Shown: piece by piece, positions 8,218-16,014 of the stretch
How the letters are laid out: the number at the start of each line of letters is the position of its first letter
Numbering within the stretch: position 1 is the stretch's first letter
Assembly: GCA_022843095.1 (NCBI GenBank)
Contig: JALHOH010000002.1
Location: forward strand, 120,001 to 152,000
DNA: 32,000 bases
Source: Candidatus Saccharimonadota bacterium
GTDB lineage: Bacteria > Patescibacteriota > Patescibacteriia > 2-12-FULL-60-25
Reading direction: 5' to 3'
Made by a program: the position numbers and the translations under genes
The notes under the pieces: model-generated
Seen by the model: only the letters and a program-made list of their open reading frames with translations
What the model was told of the DNA's origin: nothing
Databases searched by the model: none

Positions 8218-8607
8218 ATGACCTTTGCGTTGTTTTGCGCACTCATGGGAGTGACCTCGCTCTTGGCTTGGGGCGGTTGGGCGTACGTGATTTTTCTCAT
8301 TGACCCCTATGAAGCCGGTGCCCCGGGGCTTGCGCTGTTTTATATCACGTTGTTTGCGGCCCTGATCGGAACGTTTTCGTTGTTGGGGTTGCTGTATCGC
8401 ATCAAGTGGCTTGGACGTTCGCAGGTGTTGCTTCGTGAAGTGATGGTCGCGGTTCGTCATGGGGTGATGTTCGCGGCGGTCAGCGTCGTGTCGCTCGCGC
8501 TTGCCTCGCAGAATCTACTGACGTGGTGGAATGTGCTTGCGCTCTTCATCGTCACGGCGGTGGTAGAATATGGGTTTTTGTTGGTGCAGGAAGGACGAAG
8601 ACAATAA
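8218..8607 (+). CDS. Small integral membrane protein (129 aa, about 4 TM segments)
   Basis: Four hydrophobic stretches (ALFCALMGVTSLLAWGGWAYVIFLI, LALFYITLFAALIGTFSLLGLLY, GVMFAAVSVVSLALA, WWNVLALFIVTAVVEYGFLLV). It lies directly upstream of mreB. Confidence 0.6.
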   Translation: MTFALFCALMGVTSLLAWGGWAYVIFLIDPYEAGAPGLALFYITLFAALIGTFSLLGLLYRIKWLGRSQVLLREVMVAVRHGVMFAAVSVVSLALASQNLLTWWNVLALFIVTAVVEYGFLLVQEGRRQ

Positions 8608-8674
8608 TCCACGGGCGCGCTTTGACTTCCCCCTCCGCGGTTGTCACAGTTCCGGTTGAATTCCATCTCCCTGT

Positions 8675-9721
8675 ATGATCGGTTCTCTTTTTCGGCATTT
8701 CACCAAACAAATCGGCATCGATTTGGGGACGTCGCACACCATCGTGTACGTCAAAGGCAAGGGAATCGTCATCAACGAGTCCTCCGTGGTCGCGATTAAC
8801 CGCCGAACGGGGCAGGTGATGGCGGTCGGCGAAGAGGCACGCGGAATGCTGGGCAAAACGCCGCCGCATATCCAGGTGACCAAGCCATTGCAACGCGGGA
8901 TCATCGCGGATTTTGAGGTCACCGAAAAAATGATCCGTTATTTTTTTGATAAAGTGCACGACGACCATTCCCTGGTCATTCCGCGTCCGCGGGTGGTCGT
9001 CTCTGTCCCATTGGACGTGACGGAAGTCGAGCGAAAAGCCGTGTCAGACGCAACCACCGCCGCCGGCGCGCGAGAAGTGCTGCTTGTGGAAGAGCCGATC
9101 GCCGCCGCAATTGGCGCCGGCCTTGCGATCAGCGAATCCGTTGGAAACATGGTGGTGAACATCGGTGGAGGGACGACCGAAATCGCCGTGATCTCGTTGA
9201 ACGGGGTTGTCACGGCAAAAAGCATCTCCATCGCAGGGGATGAGCTCAACAAAAACATCGTCCAATACGCGCGTGACGTGTTTAATCTTTTGCTTGGAGA
9301 TCGTGTCGCGGAAGAGATCAAAATCGCCATCGGATCGGCGGTCGAGCTTGAAGAGCGGATGGAAACGTCCATGCGTGGTCGTGACTTGTTGTCGGGGTTG
9401 CCACGCGAAATCATGGTGAACGATGCGCAGATTCGCGAGGCGCTTGGGCGGAGTGTCAAAGCGATCGTGGAACATGTGAAATCGATTTTGGAGACCACGC
9501 CGCCTGAATTGGTGGCGGACATCTATCAGCGCGGGATTGTGCTGACCGGTGGCGGTGCGCTCCTGCGGGGGTTGGACGCCGCGATCTCGCGTGGAACGGG
9601 GTTGCCGGTCCGTGTCGCCGATGATCCAGCAACGGCGGTGGTGCGCGGATGCGGAGCGCTGTTGGATCTGCCAAAATTGCTTGAAGACGTTGCCTATCCC
9701 GCAACCGAGCGCATGACGTAA
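8675..9721 (+). CDS. mreB: Rod-shape-determining actin homolog MreB
   Basis: IGIDLGTSHTIVYVKGKGIVINESSVVA, KPLQRGIIADFE, VVVSVPLDVTEVERKAV, LLVEEPIAAAIGAG, VVNIGGGTTEIAVISL, GIVLTGGGALLRGLD. Confidence 0.95.
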   Translation: MIGSLFRHFTKQIGIDLGTSHTIVYVKGKGIVINESSVVAINRRTGQVMAVGEEARGMLGKTPPHIQVTKPLQRGIIADFEVTEKMIRYFFDKVHDDHSLVIPRPRVVVSVPLDVTEVERKAVSDATTAAGAREVLLVEEPIAAAIGAGLAISESVGNMVVNIGGGTTEIAVISLNGVVTAKSISIAGDELNKNIVQYARDVFNLLLGDRVAEEIKIAIGSAVELEERMETSMRGRDLLSGLPREIMVNDAQIREALGRSVKAIVEHVKSILETTPPELVADIYQRGIVLTGGGALLRGLDAAISRGTGLPVRVADDPATAVVRGCGALLDLPKLLEDVAYPATERMT

Positions 9722-9730
9722 GGTGCTTGT

Positions 9731-10540
9731 ATGAAGCCGTATCAGCGATGGTCGCTTGTTGTTTTGGCCGTCGTGGGCGGACTTTTTGTGTTGGTCGTGG
9801 GTGTTCTGCGGCCGCTGACCTCGCGGGTGCGGCAATGGTTTGTCCCGGTGACCGGCGTCTTGGCAGAAACGGCGCAGCAGCTGAATCAGACCTACGAGGA
9901 ACGCGCCGGGGTCCGAGACCATACCGTCGAAGAATTGGAGGCGCGTGTGACCGCGCTTGCCGTGGACTATGTTCGTCTGCGGGCGCTGGAAGAAGAGAAT
10001 GCCAACTTGCGAGCGCAGGCGAAGTTTTTAAACGACTCTGGCTTCGAAAGCGTGGGCGCGCGCGTCATCAACCGCGATATTCGCGAAGGACGTTCGTTGC
10101 TTACGGTCGATCGTGGCACCAAAGATGGCGTCGAGGTTGGTCAGGCGGTCGTGACGCGTGAAGGGGTTTTTGTGGGGAAGATTACCGAAGTGACAGAACG
10201 CATCTCTGTGATTTTATTGCTGACAGATCCAAAATCCCGTGTCGCGGCGGCGCTTGCGGATGCGACGGGTCTCTCGGGGATCGTGGAAGGCCGGGGGAAC
10301 GGAGCCGCGCAGCTTACGTATATCCCGGCGAATACGCCGATAGCGCGCGATCGGATTATTTTAACGGCAGGGACCGAAGAGAAGGTGCCGGGGAATCTGC
10401 CCTTTGCGCTTGTAAACGCCGTGGAAGGCAAACCAAACGATCCCTTTTTATCCGCGATCTTGGAACCGCTTGTCCCGCTCGAACGATTGGCGTTCGTGTC
10501 GATTCTGCGTCCGGCGGCGCTTGGTCCCATCCGGGAGTAA
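9731..10540 (+). CDS. mreC: Rod-shape-determining protein MreC
   Basis: N-terminal TM segment, then a coiled coil (LRALEEENANLRAQ), then VDRGTKDGVEVGQAVVTREGVFVGKITEV...SVILLLTDPKSRV. Positioned after mreB. Confidence 0.85.
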   Translation: MKPYQRWSLVVLAVVGGLFVLVVGVLRPLTSRVRQWFVPVTGVLAETAQQLNQTYEERAGVRDHTVEELEARVTALAVDYVRLRALEEENANLRAQAKFLNDSGFESVGARVINRDIREGRSLLTVDRGTKDGVEVGQAVVTREGVFVGKITEVTERISVILLLTDPKSRVAAALADATGLSGIVEGRGNGAAQLTYIPANTPIARDRIILTAGTEEKVPGNLPFALVNAVEGKPNDPFLSAILEPLVPLERLAFVSILRPAALGPIRE

Positions 10541-10546
10541 TGGCGT

Positions 10547-11071
10547 ATGTTACGCGTGTTTGCGTTATTGCTCGCCGCGTTCCTGCTTGCCTGTGTCGAG
10601 TGGGCATTTGTCCCATTTTTGCCACCGTTTTTGCGCGTCCATCCAGGACTTCCCGTGGTGGTGATGCTCGCCGTCACGACGCGTCGACGTTGGAGCACGG
10701 CATTCGCGCTGGCCTTCGGCGTCACGGTGGATTTGTTGTCGGTCGCGCGGCTTGAGCTTGCCACGGTGCGGATGGTTGCCATTGCGGTGTTCGTCCAACT
10801 CGTGCTTCGGTATATCCTGACCAACCGCTCTGTTTACGCGGTGGTTGCCCTGGGATTGGTCGCGCGGATTGTAGATTGGGTGCTGGTGCGTCTTGGAACC
10901 GTCATCGCGTCCGTTCTGGAAAGCACCTGGTTTGGGCCTGCTGTAGAAACCGCCTGGGTGCAGCAACTTTTGTGGGACGGATTTTTATTGATCTGGCTGT
11001 TCATTTTTTTCGCAACCTTCACGCAACGACTGACCAAAGCACGTTCTTGGACCGGATATGCCGACGACTAA
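10547..11071 (+). CDS. mreD: Rod-shape-determining protein MreD (polytopic membrane protein)
   Basis: 174-aa multi-TM protein in the canonical position between mreC and the PBP2 gene. The call rests mainly on context and hydrophobicity. Confidence 0.6.
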   Translation: MLRVFALLLAAFLLACVEWAFVPFLPPFLRVHPGLPVVVMLAVTTRRRWSTAFALAFGVTVDLLSVARLELATVRMVAIAVFVQLVLRYILTNRSVYAVVALGLVARIVDWVLVRLGTVIASVLESTWFGPAVETAWVQQLLWDGFLLIWLFIFFATFTQRLTKARSWTGYADD

Positions 11072-12992
11072 CCAGCGCTACTTTACCCCCGGACCGGCGC
11101 GTCCGGATTTGCGCGTGCAAGACGTGGGGTCGTTGGATGTGCGTCAGGAGGTATTGTATGAAGAGCAGCAGACGCGCATCACGCATCGGCCGTTGTATGT
11201 GGGGACGGCGTTTTCTCCTCGACGGTTTTTGATGGCCGGGATCGGATGCGCCGTGCTTTTGGTGGCGCTCATGGGTCGCGCGTTTTCGATGCAAATCCTG
11301 GACCAAGAAGCGTTTGCGGCGCTTGCGGATAACAATCGTCTGCGCACTATTCCCGAGTGGCCAAGAAGAGGCATCATCCGCGATCGCCAAGGGGCAATCC
11401 TTGCAGATAATACGACGCGCTTTCAGGTGTTGTTGACCCCGCGAGATGTGCCACAAGCGCCGGATGATCAGCAGATCATTCTGGGAAACGCCGCGCGGTT
11501 GCTTGGGATCTCGATCCGAGATTTGGATCCGCTGGTGCATGTGACGGGGACGGCGCGAGATGAACCGGTGCTCGTGGCAGACCAGGTGGGATATGCGCAG
11601 GCCATGGCGTTTGCCATTGAGGAGCCGGAATTGCCGGGCTTTCGCCTGATCGTCCGTCCGCGCCGGCGTTACCCGTTGAGCGAGCACATCCCCAGTCTTT
11701 CACACGTGCTTGGGTATGTGGGACGCATTTCGGAAGAGGAATACGGTCGGTTGCGCGCGCAGGATTATCGCCGCGCGGATGAGTTGGGAAAAACGGGGAT
11801 CGAACGCGCGTATGAGTCGGCGCTACGCGGAACGATGGGAAAGGAGACGCGCGAGGTGGATGCACGCGGACGCGCAAAGGCGACCGTCGGGCGAGAACCT
11901 GCCGTGGATGGACAGGACATTGTGTTGTCCTTGGATGCTGAACTACAAGAACGTGCCGAAAAGGCGTTGCGTGCGGGACTTGTCACAGCAAAGACCACAC
12001 GCGGTGCCGTGATCGCTATGGATCCGCGAGATGGGTCCGTGCTCGCCGCGGTGTCGTGGCCTGCGTACAACAACAACCAGTTTGCGGGGAGTGTGAGCTC
12101 CACGGTGTATCGCGCGTTGGTGCAGAATCCGGACCAGCCGTTGTTTCCGCGTGCCTGGGCAGGGACCTATCCGTCCGGTTCGACAGTGAAGATCGTGATG
12201 AGTGCGGCGGCGCTTGCGGAGAAGATCATTACGCCGAACACGACGGTGCATTCGACGGGAGGGATTCGGTTGGGTCCGTGGTTTTTTCCGGACTGGAAAG
12301 CGGGTGGGCACGGGGTCGTGAATGTGAAGGGCGCAATCGCGTGGTCCGTGAACACCTTCTTCTACACGATCGGCGGAGGTACGGAGGCCTTTCAGGGTCT
12401 TGGGATCGATCGGATGGAGGCGTGGCTCCGCGCGTTTGGGATGGGCGAGAAGACGGGAATCGATGTGGCGGGAGAAGGAACGGGATTCGTTCCGTCCAAG
12501 GCGTGGAAGGAGCGCGTCAAAAAGGTGAAGTGGTTTGTCGGGGATTCGTACAACCTCTCCATCGGCCAGGGAGATTTGTTGGTGACGCCGCTTCAAGTCG
12601 CGCTTTACACCTCGATGATCGCGAACGGCGGATATCGCGTGACCCCGCACGTCTCAAAACAGGGTGTGCCTCGGCCGGAACATCCTGTGGTCAGCCAAGA
12701 CGTGTTACAGGTTGTCCGGGATGGGATGCGAGAAACGGTGACGGTGGGGTCTGGGCGCGCGCTTGCAACCATGGCGTTCCCGGTGTCTGGAAAAACGGGG
12801 ACGGCACAGTGGAACTCAAATAAGAATACGCACGCCTGGTTTACGGCGTTTGCGCCGTCGCCGTCTCCGGAGGTGGTTGTGACCGTGCTTTTGGAAGAAG
12901 GGGGAGAAGGGTCTGCTGTCGCGGTGCCGGTTGCGCGCCAGGTGCTTGAGGCCTGGTGGTCGCTTCGGGAGGCGCGGGGAGGGAGTTTTTAG
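11058..12992 (+). CDS. mrdA: Penicillin-binding protein 2 (elongation-specific transpeptidase)
   Basis: TM anchor, a PBP dimerisation region, then the transpeptidase motifs SGSTVK (SxxK), SVN (SxN) and KTGTAQ (KTG). Follows mreBCD. Confidence 0.88.
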   Translation: MPTTNQRYFTPGPARPDLRVQDVGSLDVRQEVLYEEQQTRITHRPLYVGTAFSPRRFLMAGIGCAVLLVALMGRAFSMQILDQEAFAALADNNRLRTIPEWPRRGIIRDRQGAILADNTTRFQVLLTPRDVPQAPDDQQIILGNAARLLGISIRDLDPLVHVTGTARDEPVLVADQVGYAQAMAFAIEEPELPGFRLIVRPRRRYPLSEHIPSLSHVLGYVGRISEEEYGRLRAQDYRRADELGKTGIERAYESALRGTMGKETREVDARGRAKATVGREPAVDGQDIVLSLDAELQERAEKALRAGLVTAKTTRGAVIAMDPRDGSVLAAVSWPAYNNNQFAGSVSSTVYRALVQNPDQPLFPRAWAGTYPSGSTVKIVMSAAALAEKIITPNTTVHSTGGIRLGPWFFPDWKAGGHGVVNVKGAIAWSVNTFFYTIGGGTEAFQGLGIDRMEAWLRAFGMGEKTGIDVAGEGTGFVPSKAWKERVKKVKWFVGDSYNLSIGQGDLLVTPLQVALYTSMIANGGYRVTPHVSKQGVPRPEHPVVSQDVLQVVRDGMRETVTVGSGRALATMAFPVSGKTGTAQWNSNKNTHAWFTAFAPSPSPEVVVTVLLEEGGEGSAVAVPVARQVLEAWWSLREARGGSF

Positions 12993-12996
12993 CCCG

Positions 12997-13026
12997 TTGA
13001 CATCGTTTTGAGCGTATAGGTATTCT
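12997..13026 (+). promoter_or_regulatory. Sigma70-like promoter TTGACA - 18 nt - TATTCT upstream of greA
   Basis: TTGACA at 12997-13002 and TATTCT at 13021-13026. Confidence 0.5.
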
Positions 13027-13088
13027 AGGATCAGTCGTCATTGCGCGGTCCTCCCGCGTTTTTCATTCCCTTTCTCTTTCGCATTCGT

Positions 13089-13559
13089 ATGGCCAACGTC
13101 CAATACGTCTCCGCCGAACGGCTGGAGCTCCTCAAGCAAGAACTTAAAGAACTGAAGACGGTGAAGCGCAAGGAGCTGGTCGAGCGGATCGAGGCGGCAA
13201 AGGCGTTGGGCGATCTGTCTGAGAACGCGGAATACCATGAAGCCAAGGATGCGATGTCGCTGCTGGAAGGGCGCATCTTTGAACTGGATGAATTGTTCAA
13301 GAACGTCCAGGTGATCGAAGCGCCAGCGGCCGGGGACAAAACGGGGAACGTGCGTGTGGGTTCGACGGTGAAGGTCGAAGTGAACGGTAAAGAAAAAACG
13401 TTCCAGATTGTGGGATCGAACGAAGCGGATCCACTCACGGGCAAGATCTCCAATGAATCACCCATCGGAAGCGCGCTCTTGGGATCCAAGGCAGGAGAGG
13501 CGGTGGAGGTGACGACGCCAGGTGGCACGACCGTGTACACCATCAAACACGTGGAATAA
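13089..13559 (+). CDS. greA: Transcription elongation factor GreA
   Basis: The start MANVQYVSAERLELLKQELKELK...ALGDLSENAEYHEAKD...VRVGSTVKV is a typical GreA N-terminal coiled coil plus C-terminal FKBP-like domain. The track ORF begins upstream at 13041 with a non-ATG codon. Confidence 0.92.
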   Translation: MANVQYVSAERLELLKQELKELKTVKRKELVERIEAAKALGDLSENAEYHEAKDAMSLLEGRIFELDELFKNVQVIEAPAAGDKTGNVRVGSTVKVEVNGKEKTFQIVGSNEADPLTGKISNESPIGSALLGSKAGEAVEVTTPGGTTVYTIKHVE

Positions 13560-13560
13560 C

Positions 13561-13592
13561 AAAAAAGCCCCCTCTGTCATGGAGGGGTTTTG
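13561..13592 (+). terminator. Rho-independent terminator after greA
   Basis: AAAAAAG CCCCTC tgtcatg GAGGGG TTTTG: a 6-bp GC stem, a 7-nt loop and a T-run. The upstream A-run makes it potentially bidirectional. Confidence 0.75.
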
Positions 13593-13648
13593 AAAATCAA
13601 ATACCCCGCCGATCTACACGCACGTATTGCGTCTAGTCTCGGACGGGG
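13593..13648 (-). terminator. Divergent member of the hairpin element, downstream of small ORF B
   Basis: On the minus strand CCCCGTCCGA ... TCGGCGGGG is followed by TATTTGATTTTCAAAA. This is the same trailing G(U/G)UUUGAUUUUC box as at 7744-7760 and 15555-15570. Confidence 0.5.
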
Positions 13649-13666
13649 CTTAGCTTCAAAGAGAGT

Positions 13667-13900
13667 TTACTCTTTTTCTTCCGCTTGTTCCTTCGTGGGG
13701 CGGAAGATCTCGAAAACGAGGCGATCACCAGAGAGATCAAAGCGGGCAAGGTACTCGCCCTTGCTTGTGTCAATCTCTCCTGCGTCGATGAGATCCCTCT
13801 CTGCCATCTGTTTGGCAAAAAGCGGTGCAGCCTCCGTGTTTGCTTGCAACCGTCGCCTCTGCACGCTCTTCAACCACTCCTCATGCTCTGGGTCACTCAT
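13667..13900 (-). CDS. Small protein, paralog B of the three-member family (77 aa)
   Basis: ATG 13900 is preceded by GGAGGAGGGTGAG, with the same promoter and 5'UTR as copies A and C. It shares the DAG..(x)..KGEYLA(R/G)F block with paralog A. Confidence 0.65.
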   Translation of the reverse strand: MSDPEHEEWLKSVQRRRLQANTEAAPLFAKQMAERDLIDAGEIDTSKGEYLARFDLSGDRLVFEIFRPTKEQAEEKE

Positions 13901-13930
13901 CTCACCCTCCTCCAAAAAAGTACAATCGTA

Positions 13931-13959
13931 AATCTAGCGGATTTTGGGGATTTTGTCAA
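13931..13959 (-). promoter_or_regulatory. Consensus promoter TTGACA - 17 nt - TAGATT (cassette copy B)
   Basis: tgtcaa at 13954-13959 and aatcta at 13931-13936 on the plus strand, with a 17-nt spacer. Confidence 0.7.
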
Positions 13960-14047
13960 GGGGGAAGCGAGAAGAGGCGTAATGCGAGGGGGACGGGAAT
14001 CCTGGTTGTTTGCGCCCGGGCTTCTTCGCTGGCATGATGGCGTGCAT
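13960..14047 (+). promoter_or_regulatory. Conserved leader shared by lysS and serS (function unknown)
   Basis: Aligned by eye to 15915-16014, this region has identical blocks of 24, 34 and 11 nt. They are separated by three substitutions and one divergent 11-nt block, and the similarity ends at the start codons. Confidence 0.5.
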
Positions 14048-15541
14048 ATGTTGGATGAACGTTCTGTACGGTTAGAGAAGCTCGCAGCCTTGCGCGAGAC
14101 AGGGATCGAGCCCTATGCCACGGATCCACGTCGCACCGCCTTGATTCAGGAGGCGCAGGCGTCATTTGAAGCGTGGATGACCGAGGCGAAAGAGCTGACC
14201 TTTGCCGGACGCATTCGCACCATTCGCGTCCATGGCGGGATGATGTTTGCAGACTTGGAGGATGAATCCGGGAAGATGCAGTTGGCATTTAAGGTGGACG
14301 AGATCGGGGAGGAGCTATTTAACCGGTTCCGCGACCGGATGGATCCGGGAGATATCGTGGAGGCGACGGGGGTGTTGTTTTTGACCAAGCGTGGGGAGCG
14401 TTCGCTTGGGGTGAAAGGGTGGCGTCCGCTTGCGAAGGCGTTGCTGCCGTTGCCGGAAAAGTGGCATGGGCTTCAGGACGTGGAAACGCGGTCCCGAGAA
14501 CGTGAGCTGGATCTATTGTCTAACCCAGAGGTGAAGCGCCGGTTTTTGGTGCGTAGCAAGATGGTGGCGGCGATGCGTGCGTTTTTGGATGCGCGTGCCT
14601 TTATCGAGGTGGAAACGCCGATGCTGCACCCGATTGCCGGAGGCGCAAACGCCAAACCATTCGTGACCCATCACAATGCGCTGGATGCCGACTTCTTTTT
14701 GCGCATTGCGCCGGAGCTCTATCTCAAGCGATTGGTGGTCGGAGGATTTGAGAAGGTGTTTGAGATCGCGCGTTGTTTTCGGAACGAAGGGATTGACTAT
14801 GCGCACAACCCGGAGTTCACGCAGATCGAATTGTACTGGGCGTATGCGGACAAGGACGCGTTTTTGGGATTCTTGGAAGAGATGATGGTGCACATGATTC
14901 GCGAGGCGACGGGAGGGCTTGAGGTGATCCAGGAGGAAAAGACGCTGCACTTCCAGTTGCCGTGGCCAAAAGTGACGTTCCGCGATGCGATCCACACGGC
15001 CTGCGGGATCGACATTGATGCGCTGGCGACGCCTAGCGAGGTTGTGGCCGCCGCGACGCGCGTGGGGCTTAAAATCGATTTCTCACGGTGTATCGGGCTT
15101 GGGGAGCACCTGGATGAGCTGTACAAAAAAACGGCGCGTCCTGCGATGCGTCGTCCGACGTGGGTGCTGGACTATCCGATCGAACTCAAGCCACTCGCCA
15201 ATCGGAAGCCGGGTGATCCGACCAAGGCAGCGGTGGCACAGCTGGTGGTCGAAGGCGCGGAGGTCGTGAATGCCTACTACCACGAATTGCATGATCCGCT
15301 GGATCAGCGTGAACGGTTTGAGCAACAACAGTCGTTGCGCGAACAGGGGAGCGAAGAGGCGCAGGCGATGGATGAAGGCTTTTTGCGCGCCTTGGAACAT
15401 GGGATGCCACCCACCTGCGGGATGGGAATGGGGATCGACCGATTGGCGGCGCTCGTCACGGGGAGTCCAAACCTCAAAGAGGTGATCCTGTTCCCCACGT
15501 TGCGTCCAGAAGGCGCAACCAGCGAAGAAAACAAGGCCTAA
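14048..15541 (+). CDS. lysS: Lysine--tRNA ligase (class II)
   Basis: MLDERSVRLEKLAALRETGIEPY..., an OB anticodon-binding region, then class II motifs: FIEVETPMLHPIAGGANAKPF, FRNEGIDYAHNPEFTQIELY, GMGMGIDRL. The track ORF start at 13685 runs through the divergent small gene and promoter and is not used. Confidence 0.93.
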   Translation: MLDERSVRLEKLAALRETGIEPYATDPRRTALIQEAQASFEAWMTEAKELTFAGRIRTIRVHGGMMFADLEDESGKMQLAFKVDEIGEELFNRFRDRMDPGDIVEATGVLFLTKRGERSLGVKGWRPLAKALLPLPEKWHGLQDVETRSRERELDLLSNPEVKRRFLVRSKMVAAMRAFLDARAFIEVETPMLHPIAGGANAKPFVTHHNALDADFFLRIAPELYLKRLVVGGFEKVFEIARCFRNEGIDYAHNPEFTQIELYWAYADKDAFLGFLEEMMVHMIREATGGLEVIQEEKTLHFQLPWPKVTFRDAIHTACGIDIDALATPSEVVAAATRVGLKIDFSRCIGLGEHLDELYKKTARPAMRRPTWVLDYPIELKPLANRKPGDPTKAAVAQLVVEGAEVVNAYYHELHDPLDQRERFEQQQSLREQGSEEAQAMDEGFLRALEHGMPPTCGMGMGIDRLAALVTGSPNLKEVILFPTLRPEGATSEENKA

Positions 15542-15554
15542 CCGCCTTGTTTTT

Positions 15555-15612
15555 TGAAAATCAAACACCCACCAACGCGAGTCCGAGCCGTGTGCTCGTG
15601 GCGTGGTGGGGT
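15555..15612 (-). repeat. Hairpin repeat element, copy H3; terminator-like for the small ORF at 15627-15863
   Basis: GAAAATCAAACACCCACCAACGCGAGTCCGAGCCGTGTGCTCGTGGCGTGGTGGGGTT. On the minus strand the hairpin is followed by GUGUUUGAUUUUCAAAAAA. Confidence 0.7.
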
Positions 15613-15626
15613 TGCGCCGTCAGGGG

Positions 15627-15863
15627 TTAGCCTGAGGCAGTGGGAGCTTGGTACAGGACATACGTCGCTCCGTCTTGTGTTGAAATGATGGGATAACTGC
15701 CCCCATCAGGTTTCTGTTCGTAGCCAGAGATCTCGTCTCCGGGGTTGATCGCACCTGTTGCAAAGAGACTGTCCTCCCTGGCCTGATGAACGAGATACCC
15801 TGCAGCAGTACGGTCCGCAGCGCGGTAGATGGCTCGGAGACGTGCGTTTTTTTGGACACTCAT
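15627..15863 (-). CDS. Small protein, paralog C of the three-member family (78 aa)
   Basis: ATG 15863 is preceded by GGAGGAGGGTTTCTC. The sequence MSVQKNARLRAIYRAADRTAAGYLVHQAREDSLFATGAINPGDEISGYEQKPDGGSYPIISTQDGATYVLYQAPTASG aligns with paralog A. Confidence 0.7.
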   Translation of the reverse strand: MSVQKNARLRAIYRAADRTAAGYLVHQAREDSLFATGAINPGDEISGYEQKPDGGSYPIISTQDGATYVLYQAPTASG

Positions 15864-15885
15864 GAGAAACCCTCCTCCAAAAAAG

Positions 15886-15914
15886 TACAATCGTAAATCT
15901 ACCGGATTTTGGGG
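15886..15914 (-). promoter_or_regulatory. Consensus promoter TTGACA - 17 nt - TAGATT (cassette copy C)
   Basis: tgtcaa at 15909-15914 and aatcta at 15886-15891 on the plus strand, with a 17-nt spacer. Confidence 0.7.
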
Positions 15915-16014
15915 ATTTTGTCAAGGGGGAAGCGAGAAGAGGTGTAGCGCGAGGGGGACGGGAATCCTGGTTGTTTGCGCCCTTTTTGCGGCGCTGGCAT
16001 GATGACCCACATCT
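15915..16014 (+). promoter_or_regulatory. Conserved leader shared by serS and lysS (function unknown)
   Basis: See 13960-14047. The common sequence is GGGGGAAGCGAGAAGAGG.GTA..GCGAGGGGGACGGGAATCCTGGTTGTTTGCGCCC ... CTGGCATGATG. Confidence 0.5.

Noticed and set aside
13960-14047. T-box riboswitch as the explanation for the shared lysS/serS leader.
   Set aside because: The leader is only about 90 nt. It lacks the conserved T-box sequence (AAUUAGGGUGGUACCGCG-like), a specifier loop or stem I, and a terminator/antiterminator pair ending in a U-run before the start codon.
13685-14047. N-terminal extension of the lysS ORF (track start 13685).
   Set aside because: The extension overlaps the divergent small gene, its promoter and the shared leader. 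A canonical LysRS N-terminus begins at ATG 14048.
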